Below, piece after piece: positions 1 to 12,665 of a stretch of DNA of 64,000 bases. The translations under genes were made by a program, and so were the position numbers. Source of the DNA: Octopus sinensis (taxonomy: Eukaryota). Every line of letters begins with the position of its first letter. The first letter of the stretch is position 1. The stretch is from NCBI RefSeq assembly GCF_006345805.1, contig NC_043005.1, forward strand, positions 32,488,001 to 32,552,000. Reading direction: 5' to 3'. The notes under the pieces were generated by a model. That model did not search any database. It was not told the origin of the DNA and saw only the letters and a program-made list of their open reading frames with translations.

Positions 1-1197
1 GACTGCCAACTACTTATAATTTATCCCTCATCACCACCCTCCCTGCTTACATTAATTCAATGATTCTCAATTGGTCTCCTAATTATTTGTGGAATTCCCC
101 ACTTCATCATCTTTATTAATGAGAAAACAAAATACAGTCAACATCCATATAATTCTTCATTTTTTACCAGAATGTTAAGCAAGTTCAAAATTCTGTTTTA
201 ATTTTATTAAACATAGTGATTTGTCTGCCCATGTTTCAATCCTTACAGCCTCTCTCTGCAGAGACCTTCCCCCCAACCACCGTTAATGAGAAATATTAGA
301 TTAGTTGGATCTACAAGTCCTGATGGTTGCAAAGATTATTCTACAAATGAATTTTTTTTTTAATGCTAACTATTTATGAAGCTATTTGGTGTGAAGATGT
401 GCTGTCTGTGAATGGTCCATTGTCAGATGTTTTCTCTCTCGTCTTTATATAAATCTTCAACTAGAAACCTCTTTAACTATATTTTTGCTATATATTTTGT
501 TCTCAACAAATATTACTTTTAACTTTCTTGATAAGAACTTCATTCAAAACTGCAATCTTTCATAATGGCCACTCAGTTCAGTTTTGAGTTGCAATGTTAA
601 AAACAAAAAGAAGTTTACAGAAATCTTCAATCACTTTCATGCCAAGTTTGTATTGGCAACTGCTGTTTGGAGTTCAGAAAGAGACTGTTTAAAGGAGATT
701 GGAGTACAGATGTCAAGTTTATTTAATATATTTGCATTTCATTATATTTATAAAACTCCTAGACATTGTTTAGTGGCAATTTTGTAAAAAAAAAAAAAAA
801 AAAAATGCTCTGTGGTTGAAGATTCAATCTTTGTAAAAACCTTGTAGTCATTCAGTACACAAGGTGTGTTTAATAAGCTATGAACTAGTTTATTATACAG
901 CTCAGCTGCTTTTACAAAAAATGTATTTGTATTAATTCAAACATAAAAGATGGTAATAAATTATTGTTTGTATTGAACATATTCAGTAGAATTGCATACT
1001 CAGGCACTTGAAAATTTTAGTTTTTGCTACTATATCTAAGAATTTTGGAAAATATTGATTAAAAAAAAAAGAGTTTATTCAAAATATAACGTCTTTCTTG
1101 GCTTTATCTTGTCTGTGAACCTCTGTACTCTCAAGTCTTGTCTTCACAATTTCTTTCAGTCTATTTCTCCCATTTTTGTTTTCTGCTAGAATACACC

Positions 1198-3241
1198 GGG
1201 GTCTAGGACAGTTGCGTACTGGACATTTGCGCCCCAGACAACTGCATACCAGATAATTGTGTCCCTGGACATTTACATCCCTAGACAAATGTGTTCTTGG
1301 ACAATTGTGTCTCTCTATTATTTTGAAATATTAACTATTTTTTTTCAGGTATATTTTTTGTTTGTAATTGTAAAAAAAACACATTTAATAACCCTAAAGA
1401 AGGGAGTAGGTAATAATAAATATTTAAAAAAAGGAATAAAAGAAATAAAAGTGTTTAAAATTTACAAGTTTATTTTTGTTTAAAAAACGAAAACAGATTA
1501 GCAATATTAAAAAAATATTTCAAGATTTTAAAATTATTGTAGTTTCACAAATAAATCAAAAGGTGTGATATTGTGAGCTATTCCTTTAAAAAAATTTATC
1601 TTGTTTTCAGGAGTATACTTATCTAATAATGCCATGTTTCTCTTAGTTGCATTTTTATTTTATTACCGTACTAGAATTTCTCTTTGAAAGTCCCTTTTTT
1701 TTTCTTAAAGACAATAACCTCCTCCTTTTTCAGTGTCGCAATCAGTTTCCAAATAGTGGGGGTGTTGACATGATGAATATTGCAAAGCCTTGTGCAATCC
1801 CTCTAAGCTGTTATTAGATTTAGGCAACTAATTTATAACTCTTTCTCAAATATTCCAAGACTCAACAGAAAAAAATTGGTTTCATTCTTATCCTTCTCCG
1901 GTCTGTTGCTTGGCCAATGTATGTCATTTCAAAGTAGGTGGTAAATTCTGGAGGCAAATCACAATTGTCAGACAAGATGATAAAACCATCGACAATGTCA
2001 ATTAAAGGAAGAAATGATAATGCAGAAAAACATCTAATTTTCAAATTGAATACTTCAGCTTCTCTATACCATTGTTTTAATCCTAGGTCACAGATTTTCT
2101 TAAAAATAGACTTAGATAAATGAAAACGACACGAACTTATTGTTACATCTAGTAACTTTTTTTTTACAAAACCTTTCTGAGCTCCTATTTCAAAGTCTAT
2201 CAACAAAGATTTTGGATTAAGTTGTGGTTTAAGTTGCAACAAATATGTGAATAGATGAACATGTGTTTCCTTTGTCTTACCTGGAAGAAAGGCAAAAATT
2301 CTGGGAATACTAAATGTACCTTCTTGGATATGGATACAATATAGCTAATAATATATTGATGGACTGACTTTAAAGTTACCATCTACTGGCCAGTTAGGAA
2401 AATTTATCAAGCCATCTTCCATAGCAAATATTAGTATTCTAGTCTTGTCATTGATACCAGAATCAAATGCAAGGAACTTTTCTCTAGTTGCATGAAAGCA
2501 GAAGGATTCCAGTATCTCAAAATTATTCCTTTGCTGTGGTGGTGCATTTTGTGCTTTTTGTCTCCATCGACATACATTTCTTCCCATTGATGATAAAGAG
2601 GGCATGTGGGTAATTGAAAACTGATTTTCATTAGCAATTGTAGCTCCAGTAAGACTTCTTGCTGGTTCACATACTGAAACTGAAGTAGTTTTTAACTCCG
2701 ACATAACTTCTTGTGCTCTATCTTTAGCAGCTGAGGGTCCATGATTATGTTCACTATTCTTGCTTTGCAAATTTGCTTTACACATCTCCAGTATGTTTTT
2801 GTTTCATTGGCATTTTTCTTATGATAGTGGTAGCTGTAATTTTCTTCAACAAATATCTTTCCACCAGTGTTAGATTTTCTAAGCATAGCCATGGGTTTTA
2901 AATAAAACTTTGAATTATAAAATCCAGAATGTATGAGACATTTACAGTTTGCACTGCTTGAGTTAACTAAAATTGTTAGCTTGTATTCCTTTTGCTTTAA
3001 AAAAGAAGAATATACCTTTTGTGTACAATTATGATTAATGAGCTATAACGAGCAACTGTTGGAAAGTATACTTCTGAAAAAATAAGTGTATTAAAAAAAG
3101 TAAACGTGTAAAACATTTTTTTTTATGATAAAAAATTATCAGAGATGCAAATGTCCAGGGGCACATTTGTCTAGGGACACAAATGTCTAGGAATGCAATT
3201 GTCTGGTACACAGTTGTCCGAGTTGCAATTGTCCGTCCACC
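1198..3241 (-). mobile_element. Mutator-like (MULE) DNA transposon, full length, decayed
   Basis: Imperfect TIRs of ~100-120 bp (1198-~1315 and ~3140-3241) built from ~15-bp GGACAWTTG-type subrepeats; 8-bp TSD AATACACC at 1190-1197 and 3242-3249; internal transposase remnants. Confidence 0.9.
1535..2892 (-). pseudogene. FLYWCH-MULE transposase pseudogene (frameshifted)
   Basis: Successive frames give a FLYWCH-type N-terminus (GGKIFVEENYSY...TYWRC..CKA..HNH), DGNFK (D1), IDFEIG (D2), CRFH (CxxH) and SNNSLEGLHKAL (catalytic E region). The 3' end is approximate. Confidence 0.85.
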
Positions 3242-3602
3242 AATACACCATTACAGCTGATCAAACTCTTATAGATATCGGTAAATAGTTTGGAGGCTCT
3301 GATGCATTTTTGAATGAGTTGTGGTCATCTCTATCACATGGTACATGACACAAACGAGAGTCTATTCCTCTGCTAGTCATTGAAGAAAACCACACAACTG
3401 AGTCTGCTGCTAATTGCTGTCACAAGCACTACCAATAATATTAACCTGCCAACCATTCCAGTTTGTTGAGACTTCTCCTACATTACAAGGACATGGAATC
3501 ACTAGTAGAAAAGCTAATCATTCAGCTAAGTCTTGAATATTCCAGTTCAGATCTAAAGAAAGTGATTTATAAGTAAATATTTTTATACCAACTGCCACTG
3601 TC

Positions 3603-3652
3603 ATACTACTGCTGCTGCCGCCTCCTCCTCCTCCTCCTCCTCCTCCTCCTCC
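3603..3652. repeat. (CTG)/(CCT)n trinucleotide microsatellite
   Basis: Direct sequence inspection. Confidence 0.9.
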
Positions 3653-4070
3653 AAAGGGTGCAAGATAGGAAATGAATATGTGGCTATGTGTGCAAAGACA
3701 ATTGGCTGTTTTAAAGATTATTATTATTATTGGTGCACCAGCAGAATTGTTAGCATGCTGGACAAAATGCTTTGTGACATTTTGTCCATATTTACACACT
3801 GTGTTCAAATTCTGCCAACTTTACTTTTTGTCCTTTCTGGGTCAATGAAGTAAGTTCCAGTCAAGCATTGTGGTTGGTATAATTGACTAGCACTTTCATC
3901 AAAAATTTCAGCTCTTCTGTCTATAGTAGGTTCATGACCTACTCAACTGTTCTGACATAAAGGGACTCAGAAAGAATTTGGTACAATGACTTTTGGAAGA
4001 TTTATCTGATGCATTATTTTCACACCAAATGCTTGTTTATGTGTGCATCAATTGTATAATATCACAAAAT

Positions 4071-4260
4071 GTAAGCTAGAACCAGTTTTAAACTGTAGCT
4101 TGGAGTCAGTTCTAGAATGGTCTTGGAGCCAGTTATAAAATGTAAATTGGAGCCACTTCTAAAACATAGGTTAGAGCCTGTTCTAAAATGTAAGCTTAGA
4201 ACCAGTTGCAAAACATAGTTTAGAGCCAGTTCTAAAGTGTAGTTTAGAGCCAGTTCTAAT
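4071..4260. repeat. Minisatellite, ~8 copies of a 22-24 bp unit (TTAGAGCCAGTTCTAAAATGTAG)
   Basis: Diverged tandem units are visible; each has a short inverted core TTAGA-n6-TCTAA. Confidence 0.85.
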
Positions 4261-5009
4261 ATAAATGTCTGTGAAACTAAATTTCAATACACAGTTGGAA
4301 TGAAAAGAATGACATGAAAACTATATCTTCCCATGTTCTGTTGCCTCTAGCCCTAAGGCTGAACGTCTTAAGAGTAAACTCTGCATGTGTGTTCTCTGAA
4401 AGAGGAATGTTTTTCATTTTGAGTTAAAATTACAAATAAACTAGTGGATACAGGAGAATGAGGAGTGGTGCTACTCTCCTATTCACTCAGCTCCTCTCCC
4501 CACTCCTATTGTAATGTAATAGATATTAACATTGACAAGTCTGTAATATTCTGCTGCCTCTGCATCACATTACTAACTTGGATGTTCATAGCTTGTCAAG
4601 CTCCATACAGGTAGAAATAAAATTAAAATGAAATATGCTTTTCAAGAGAACATTGACTAAAAGGCTTTAAAATGTCTTTGTGGAGGGGGAGTTGTAAAGC
4701 TGCGTGTATATGTGTGAATGTACATACATAATGCGCCATACATATATGTATATGTAAGTGGTAAAGCCACAAAGGTGTGTGTATACATACATGATGTATA
4801 TGGAGAAATTGTAAAGCTACGACTGTTCAGTTGTGTGAATACACTTCCAGATATCACTGGAAAATAGTTTGCAATTGCATTTAAGCCATTTATCCATCAA
4901 ACTTGTAACTACCCCGTGGGTAGGAGGTGGGTAAAAATCCTGTAAAATACAATATGCTAATTATTTAAATAACGTATTCAAATCTAATAACATAGCTGTC
5001 CTTGTTTAA

Positions 5010-5222
5010 CCCGTTTCTCAATGTATTTTTATTGGAATCCACTGTCCTTGTTTCTGTTTATTTTGAAAATGAAGAAAAATTTTGTAAAATGACCTTGTCT
5101 TTAAGCTGGTGTTTGGAACATGATTCAACATGAAATTTTGGCAGCAGATCTTAATGTAGATCATTTTAAAACAGGGAGTTTGTATTATAGAATCAAGGGT
5201 GGTCTTAGGTGGGTTGGTATCC
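5010..5222. mobile_element. TTAA-type (piggyBac-like) MITE family A, decayed copy
   Basis: Starts after TTAA with CCC; body is similar to 22514-22730, 35522-35757 and 54631-54844. Confidence 0.6.
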
Positions 5223-5234
5223 TAGCTAATCCAT

Positions 5235-5860
5235 ATCAGTATGGGCTAGATAAGATTCAACAAGCCAGAAGTGTGTGTTGAGTCCCAATCAACATCTTCT
5301 TTGACTGAGTTTTCTAAGGCTGGGTGGCTTTCCTAATGGCAGCCACTTTACAGAGTGTACTGAGTGTTTTTCTTTTATGTGGTTTTATCACTCATGAGGC
5401 TACTAAGTAACTTGCAAGACAAGACCCCTCCCTCCCAACTGAATGGGAGGTGGCTTCATGTCAGGTGTAGAGAGGCTAAAGTATGGAAGACAAACAGGAA
5501 CAGATGCTCTGCTGTAGAGGTTACTCCAGCTGAAAAGAGAGAAAAAATTGTGTTAATGAGGTGGGTATGTTAAAGATAAATATGAGAAAGAATAGGGAAA
5601 GAAGATTGGGAAAGGTGGGTAGGTGACAGGTGGTTAGAGACAGAGACTGATAGAGGTGAATGCATTGAATGGTGAACTTGGGTGGGTGGTGGTGAGTGGT
5701 GAATATCAATGAGTGAGGGTAAGGTAAAAGAAATGAGAGAGGAGGTGGTAGGTGGCAATATATAAACAAAAGTGGGGAGGTGGAGAGCAGAAGGATAATA
5801 AAACTGTAGATATATAAGAAAAAAGGGAGATGATGTGATGTGTGTGGGAGCAAGAGAGAA
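5235..5860 (-). mobile_element. Old RTE-LINE 3'UTR remnant with purine-rich segment
   Basis: AAGTAACTTGCAAGA and CCTAATG.CA.CCACTTTACAGAGTGTACTG are shared in reverse with the copies at 47230-47895 and 29380-29470. Confidence 0.5.
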
Positions 5861-5914
5861 TTTCTTTGGTAAAAATTTACCTTTTCAGTTTATGGGACTT
5901 ACTTGTTTACTTAA

Positions 5915-7245
5915 TGACTCAATAATTGATGCATAATAAATATTATTGACCAGATGGTTTCTTGTCTGATCTGATAACTACCTTGTAATCCAGGGAGTCA
6001 GGTGGAATTTTTTCAAGTGCAGTCTTGAAGTTTCTGATCTGGTTGGTGTTGTTATGCAGCATCTTTTGCAGAGACACTACAATATTCATCTTGATGCTGG
6101 AAATGTTCTTGCACCTCTCTTGCCCTTATTGCTGAGAATCACCCATAAAATATATTTGAAGGAATTTAGGTTATTCATTTGACAGAGGTAGTAGAGAGCC
6201 AATATCATGATAAATCTGACTTTTGATCTTGAAAGTTTGCATGAATCTTGACTCAGTTATATCTCTTGTGGCTCCAAATGATGTCATCTGTAGTGCAGCA
6301 TTGTACTATCTAATTTTGTTTTGGAAGTGCTTGAAATCTTGGTCAGTTGATGATAACAGTTTCTTCAATGGCTCTGGAGGTTGAAGGATTGCAGGGAGTT
6401 TAACTTTTCCACCACTGCAGCACAGTGCAGCTGTCTCTCCAGGCCACTTCCTTACTTTACAATGTATGCACTCAGTTGTCATTGCACCAATGGAAACTTT
6501 AGTATCATCTGCATAATGAACTGCTGGATCATAATTGAAAGCTGCTTCATAGAAGCTGCTTCTCTGAGCTGTTGCAACTGCTCTTTGTTCTGCAGTGGAG
6601 ATACTATTCCTTGTCAGTCGTGCATACCTTTGTTCATCAGTAGGGTGACTTTTGTCGTGCACAGTCTGTTCATTTGTTGGCATGCTTCCCTTTCTGCCGC
6701 TATCTCTCTTTCCCTGGATAGTGTCATTCTTTTGGCTGATCTTGATATTGAAGACAAATTTGCATAAGTACAGATTTCTGTCTCCACTCCTGATTTTGGA
6801 TGATCATAACTTTCAGAAAAATGGATTTTTTTTAATGAAATTTTCTACGAATATGTGTTATATCAGGTAGATTCCGAATATACAAAATTTTACAGGCTAA
6901 GTGTTTTGGGAGGGGGTGGGATGGGGAATTTCTGAAAATTTACCGCAGTCCACTTCAGTTCATCTTAACTTTCAAGAAAATGGATATTTTTTTAATGAAA
7001 TTCTCTACAAATCTATGTAGATTCTGAGGGACAAAGGAATTTTGGAGAAAAACAATTAATGGTTATTTTTAAAAACTGTTCCCCACTCGAGGGTGTTTCA
7101 GAACAAGTTGTCCATATTTGCTTCATTTTCTCCGTTTTGTGCATTTGTGTATCCATAGATTTCTACCACATACACACACACACACATGTAATTTAAAAGT
7201 TCAAAAGGGGACTTATTCCATTCAATATCATGTTTATTATAGAGA
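5915..7245 (-). mobile_element. Helitron 5' portion with RepHel N-terminal pseudogene
   Basis: ORF 6306-6683 contains C-IHC-VRKWPGETAALCCSGGKVKLP..PPEPLKKLL and continues as YNAALQMTSFGA..., typical of the Helitron Rep N-terminal region; putative 5' end A|TCTCTATAATA at 7245. Confidence 0.8.
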
Positions 7246-8344
7246 TTTTGTAACAAATTATACTTTACACTTCTATATTTAACTGTGCGTATGTATTCCT
7301 TATTTTTGCTTCTGGTGTCTTCTGCCTTTCCATTAGAAACGTTTACCTGGGAATTTACTGAAATTGAAAAAAAATCATATGCAATAGATAAGGGATCTAG
7401 TTATTTTCAATGAGAAATATTAGATCACAGATAAATTGTCTTAGTCACATATTTCTGTGTAGCAGACCATTAGATGTTATTTTTAGCATAATGAGTTTTC
7501 TGGTGAGGGTTTCATTTGCCTTCATTGCCTGTTTGTTGCTTCAGTAGAAATCTACGGATGCACAAACACACAAAACAGAGAAAATGAAAGAAATATGGAT
7601 GACTTGTTCAGAAACACCCCTGAGTAAACCCCCAATTGTTTTCTCCCCAAATTTGTGACCATTGCACATGCAGAATGCCAGTAATTCTGTGCATGAGGTT
7701 ATTGCACCAGTAGTCATCTTCAACCAGGCTCACATTTGTGCCTTTCATGCTTGTAGTGGCGTCTTCTACTCCACTGGGCATGATTATTGCCTTGACTGTG
7801 ATTACACACCCTCAAGTTTTATGTCCAATAATGCTTGCACAACACCTCATTGACCCTCTTCATCCTACTGATATGATCTAGAGTGAAGCCAGCGCAAGAT
7901 ATCCAGTGCCAATATGGGTTGCAGGCTGAGGAATGTGGGAACACCTTGCAAGCAAAAGATCACCAAAATGTTCAATACTATCCCCTGCATATCTGGTTTT
8001 ATATCAGCATGACCTTCTAGAAACATGCTTTAACAAAAGCTAATGGGTGCCTGGTCTTCTAGCATACCAAACGCCATCCCAAAATTTCTGAGGGCCTGTG
8101 CTATTGCTAGACAGTTGTTGAACCTACACTGGGTTCATCTGTCCTTTTGACAGGTCCTTTTTTTGAGTCCTGTTAGGTTTCTATAGCAAGCATCCTCACC
8201 AGGGGAGCCTAGTGGTGGTGCCAGTTTAGCTGCTGACAAAGCAAGTACGTAACATGTTGTACTGGATTCCATGTTACTAGTAGCACTCACAAGAGCTCTC
8301 ACAATTGGCCTGACATATATACATGTACACACATATTCACTCAC

Positions 8345-8490
8345 ACTTTCATTTTTCTTCTACCAAATCCACTCACAAGGCTATAATTGGCCTGGGGCTA
8401 TAGAAGAAGTTGCTTGTTCAAGGTGCTACACAGTGGGATTGAACCCAGAACCATGTGGTTGAAAAACAAACTTATTAAACACACAAGAAG
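8345..8490 (-). mobile_element. tRNA-derived SINE head (CORE-like family), decayed
   Basis: Reverse match to the head seen at 25233-25392 and 49395-49553. Confidence 0.75.
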
Positions 8491-8553
8491 GTTGAAAAAG
8501 TGTGACACACTGTCACACTGACATTTGCATTTTTTAACACCTAGCTAAATTGT

Positions 8554-8600
<47 letters not shown>

Positions 8601-8603
8601 ATA

Positions 8604-8678
<75 letters not shown>

Positions 8679-8752
8679 ATATATATACACATATATACAT
8701 ATATATATACACATACATATATATATATAATATTATATATATATATATATAT

Positions 8753-8847
<95 letters not shown>

Positions 8848-8872
8848 TATATACATATATATATACACATAC

Positions 8873-8961
<89 letters not shown>

Positions 8962-9690
8962 CATATACATATATAGATATACATATATATATAGATATAC
9001 ATACATATATATATATACATACATATATATATATATACACATACATATATATATATATACACATACATATATATATATATACACATAACATATATATATA
9101 CACACAACATATATATTATATACACATACATATATATACACATACATATATATATACATATATATATACACATGCATATATATATACACATACATATATA
9201 TATATACACATGCATATATATATACACATACATATATATATATACACATGCATATATATATATATACACATGCATATATATATATATACACATACATATA
9301 TATATATACACATACATATATATATATACACATGCATATATATATATACACATACATATATATATATATACACATGCATATATATATATATACACATGCA
9401 TATATATATATATACACATGCATATATATATATATACACAACATACATATATATATATATATACACATACATATATATATATATACACACATACATATAT
9501 ATATACACATACATATATTATATATATACACATACATATATATATATATACATATACACACATATATACATATACACATACATATATATATATATACACA
9601 TACATATATATATATATACACATACTATATATTATATACATATACACATACATATATATATATATATACATACATATATATATATATAAT

Positions 9691-9743
<53 letters not shown>

Positions 9744-10227
9744 CATATATATATACACATACATATATATATATATATACACATACATATATATATATAT
9801 ATATATACACATACATATATATATATATACACATACATATATATATACACATACATATATATATATATACACATACATATATTATATATACACATACATA
9901 TATATATACACATACATATATATATATATACACATACATATATAATACACATACATATATATATACACATACATATTATATATATACACATACATATATA
10001 TATATACACATACAATATATATATATACACATACATATAATATATATATACACATACATATATATATATACATATACACATACATATATATACATATACA
10101 CATACATATATATATATATACACATACATATATAATATATACACATACATATATAATATATACATATACACATACATATATATATATATATATACATACA
10201 TATATATTATATATATATACATACATA

Positions 10228-10258
<31 letters not shown>

Positions 10259-10581
10259 TATATACATACATATAATTATATCACATACATATATATATAT
10301 ATATACACATACATATATATATATATATATACACATACATATATATATATATACACATACATATATATATACACATACATATATATATATATATACACAT
10401 ACATATATATATATATACACATACATAATATATACACATATATATATATATAACACATACATATATATATACACATACATATATATAACACATACATATA
10501 TTATATAACACATACATATATATATATATACACATACATATATATATATATACACATACATATATATATATATATATATAT

Positions 10582-10612
<31 letters not shown>

Positions 10613-10664
10613 CACCACATACATATATATATATATACACATACATATATATATATATATATAT

Positions 10665-10696
<32 letters not shown>

Positions 10697-10830
10697 ACAT
10701 ACATATATATATATATATATATAATCTAACATACATATATATATATATCACACCACATATATATATATATATATACACATACATACATATATATATATAT
10801 AATTAATAATAATAATAATAATAATCATAA
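8554..10830. repeat. Very long compound (TA)n/CACATA microsatellite ending in (AAT)n
   Basis: About 2.25 kb of TA dinucleotides interrupted periodically by CACATACA or CACATGCA. Confidence 0.97.
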
Positions 10831-10834
10831 TCAA

Positions 10835-11734
10835 ATCAAATCAAAACAAATCAAAATAGATGAACATCAATGGAATTTGTATCTTTGTGGTACCAATGCC
10901 GGTGGCACACAAGAAAACCATCTGAACGTGGCGGTAGCCAGTACCACATCGACTGGCCTCCGTGCTGTGGGCACGTAACAAACACCATCCGATCGTGGCC
11001 GTTCGCCAGCCTCATCTGGCACCTGTGTTGGTGGCACATAAAAACACCATCCACGACCCGGCAAGACTAGTCAGGCCATAACCCGTGGCCCCTACCTGGG
11101 ACGTAGTCAGTCCACCTGTGCATACCTCCTTCTTATGACACTTGTGAAGACCTGTTGAGGCAAGTATGTGACACTTGTGAAGACCTGTTGAGGCAAGTGT
11201 GTGACAGTTGTGAAGACCTGTTGAGGCAAGTGAAAATCAAACCAAATCAAAATAGATGAACATCAATGGAATTTGTATCTTTGTGGTACCAGTGCCGGTG
11301 GCACACAAGAAAACCATCCGAACGTGGCCGTAACCGTACCGCATCGACTGGCCTCCGTGCTGTGGGCACGTAACAAGCACCATCCGATCGTGGCCGTTCG
11401 CCAGCCTCATCTGGCACTTGTGTCGGTGGCACATAAAAACACCATCCGAGCGTGGCCGTCTGCCAGCCTCGTCTGGCACCTGTGTCAGTGGCACATAAAA
11501 AACACCATCCGAGCATGGCCGTTCGCCAGCCTCGTCTGGCACCTGTGTCGGTGGCACATAAAATCACCCACTACACTCTCGGAGTGGTTGGCGTTAGGAA
11601 GGGCATCCAGCTGTAGAAACATTGCCAGATCTGACTGGCCTGGTGCAGCCTTCGGGCCCCCAGACTCCAGTTGAACCGTCCAACCCATGCTAGCATGGAA
11701 AGCGGACGTTAAATGAGGATATGATGATGATGAT
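10835..11734 (+). mobile_element. RTE-LINE 3' end (3'UTR) with internal duplication and (GAT)n tail
   Basis: Homologous to the 3'UTR following the RT C-terminus at 32345-33004; ends CCCATGCTAGCATGGAAAGCGGACGTTAAA then (GAT)n. Confidence 0.85.
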
Positions 11735-12005
<271 letters not shown>

Positions 12006-12162
12006 TACGCATGTGTGTGCTTTGACATGTGTGTGCCTGCAGACACATGCATGCACACACATGTATATGTGTATGTCTGTTGCTGCTAATGAGAACATTG
12101 ATCAATATTCTATAGATAAATTAATTCGACGTAGCTATAGTCATAATCAAATAGTGTCATCA

Positions 12163-12194
<32 letters not shown>

Positions 12195-12423
12195 TGTGTG
12201 TGGTAATAATATATTGTGGCTAGTCTTCGTATGTCAGTTAATGGTGGTGTTGTATTTAACAGTTATTGGTAGTGTGTAAATACGGAGGCGGTGTTTGTGT
12301 TTCTGTTGATACTTGCAATATGCTTTGTTAGTGGAAGACTTTTTCTCTGTGTCTCTCTCTCTCAGTCATAAATGGGAAAATAAAAGAAGTCACAGGTAGA
12401 ATCTATGGCTACTACACCTTTTT

Positions 12424-12454
12424 ATGATGATGATGATGATGATGATGATGATTA

Positions 12455-12510
<56 letters not shown>

Positions 12511-12521
12511 TATTATTATTA

Positions 12522-12552
<31 letters not shown>

Positions 12553-12570
12553 CATCATCATGATTATTAT
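12424..12570. repeat. (ATG)n-(ATT)n microsatellite
   Basis: Direct inspection. Confidence 0.95.
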
Positions 12571-12596
12571 TGTTCCACTTCCATTTATATTGTCAG

Positions 12597-12665
12597 TGTT
12601 GTTGCAAAAGACCAGTAATGGGACAATTTCTACGTCTGCCCAACGTTACCAGATTTTATAATTAT
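12597..12665 (+). CDS. Candidate 69-nt exon of an unknown host gene (CCCKRPVMGQFLRLPNVTRFYNY)
   Basis: Pyrimidine-rich ...ttgtcag acceptor and gtaaga donor; length is a multiple of 3; only one frame is open. No homology recognised. Confidence 0.25.

Noticed and set aside
4071-4260. CRISPR-like appearance of the palindromic 23-bp repeats
   Set aside because: Linkers are only 6-8 nt and similar to each other; no cas genes; eukaryotic context.
8499-8519. 9-bp perfect inverted repeat AGTGTGACA-cac-TGTCACACT
   Set aside because: Short and isolated in a CA/TG-rich context; compatible with chance, and not a terminator in a eukaryotic genome.
8534-10784. Long Tyr/Ile/His/Met-rich ORFs of up to 331 aa (also 25869-27174 and 30246-30657)
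   Set aside because: They are translations of TA/CA microsatellites that lack stop codons; not genes.
10891-11570. Repeat-spacer (CRISPR-like) reading of the 62-nt modules and their overlapping ORFs
   Set aside because: The intervening segments are homologous to each other rather than unique spacers, and the array lies in a LINE 3'UTR; the ORFs are incidental.
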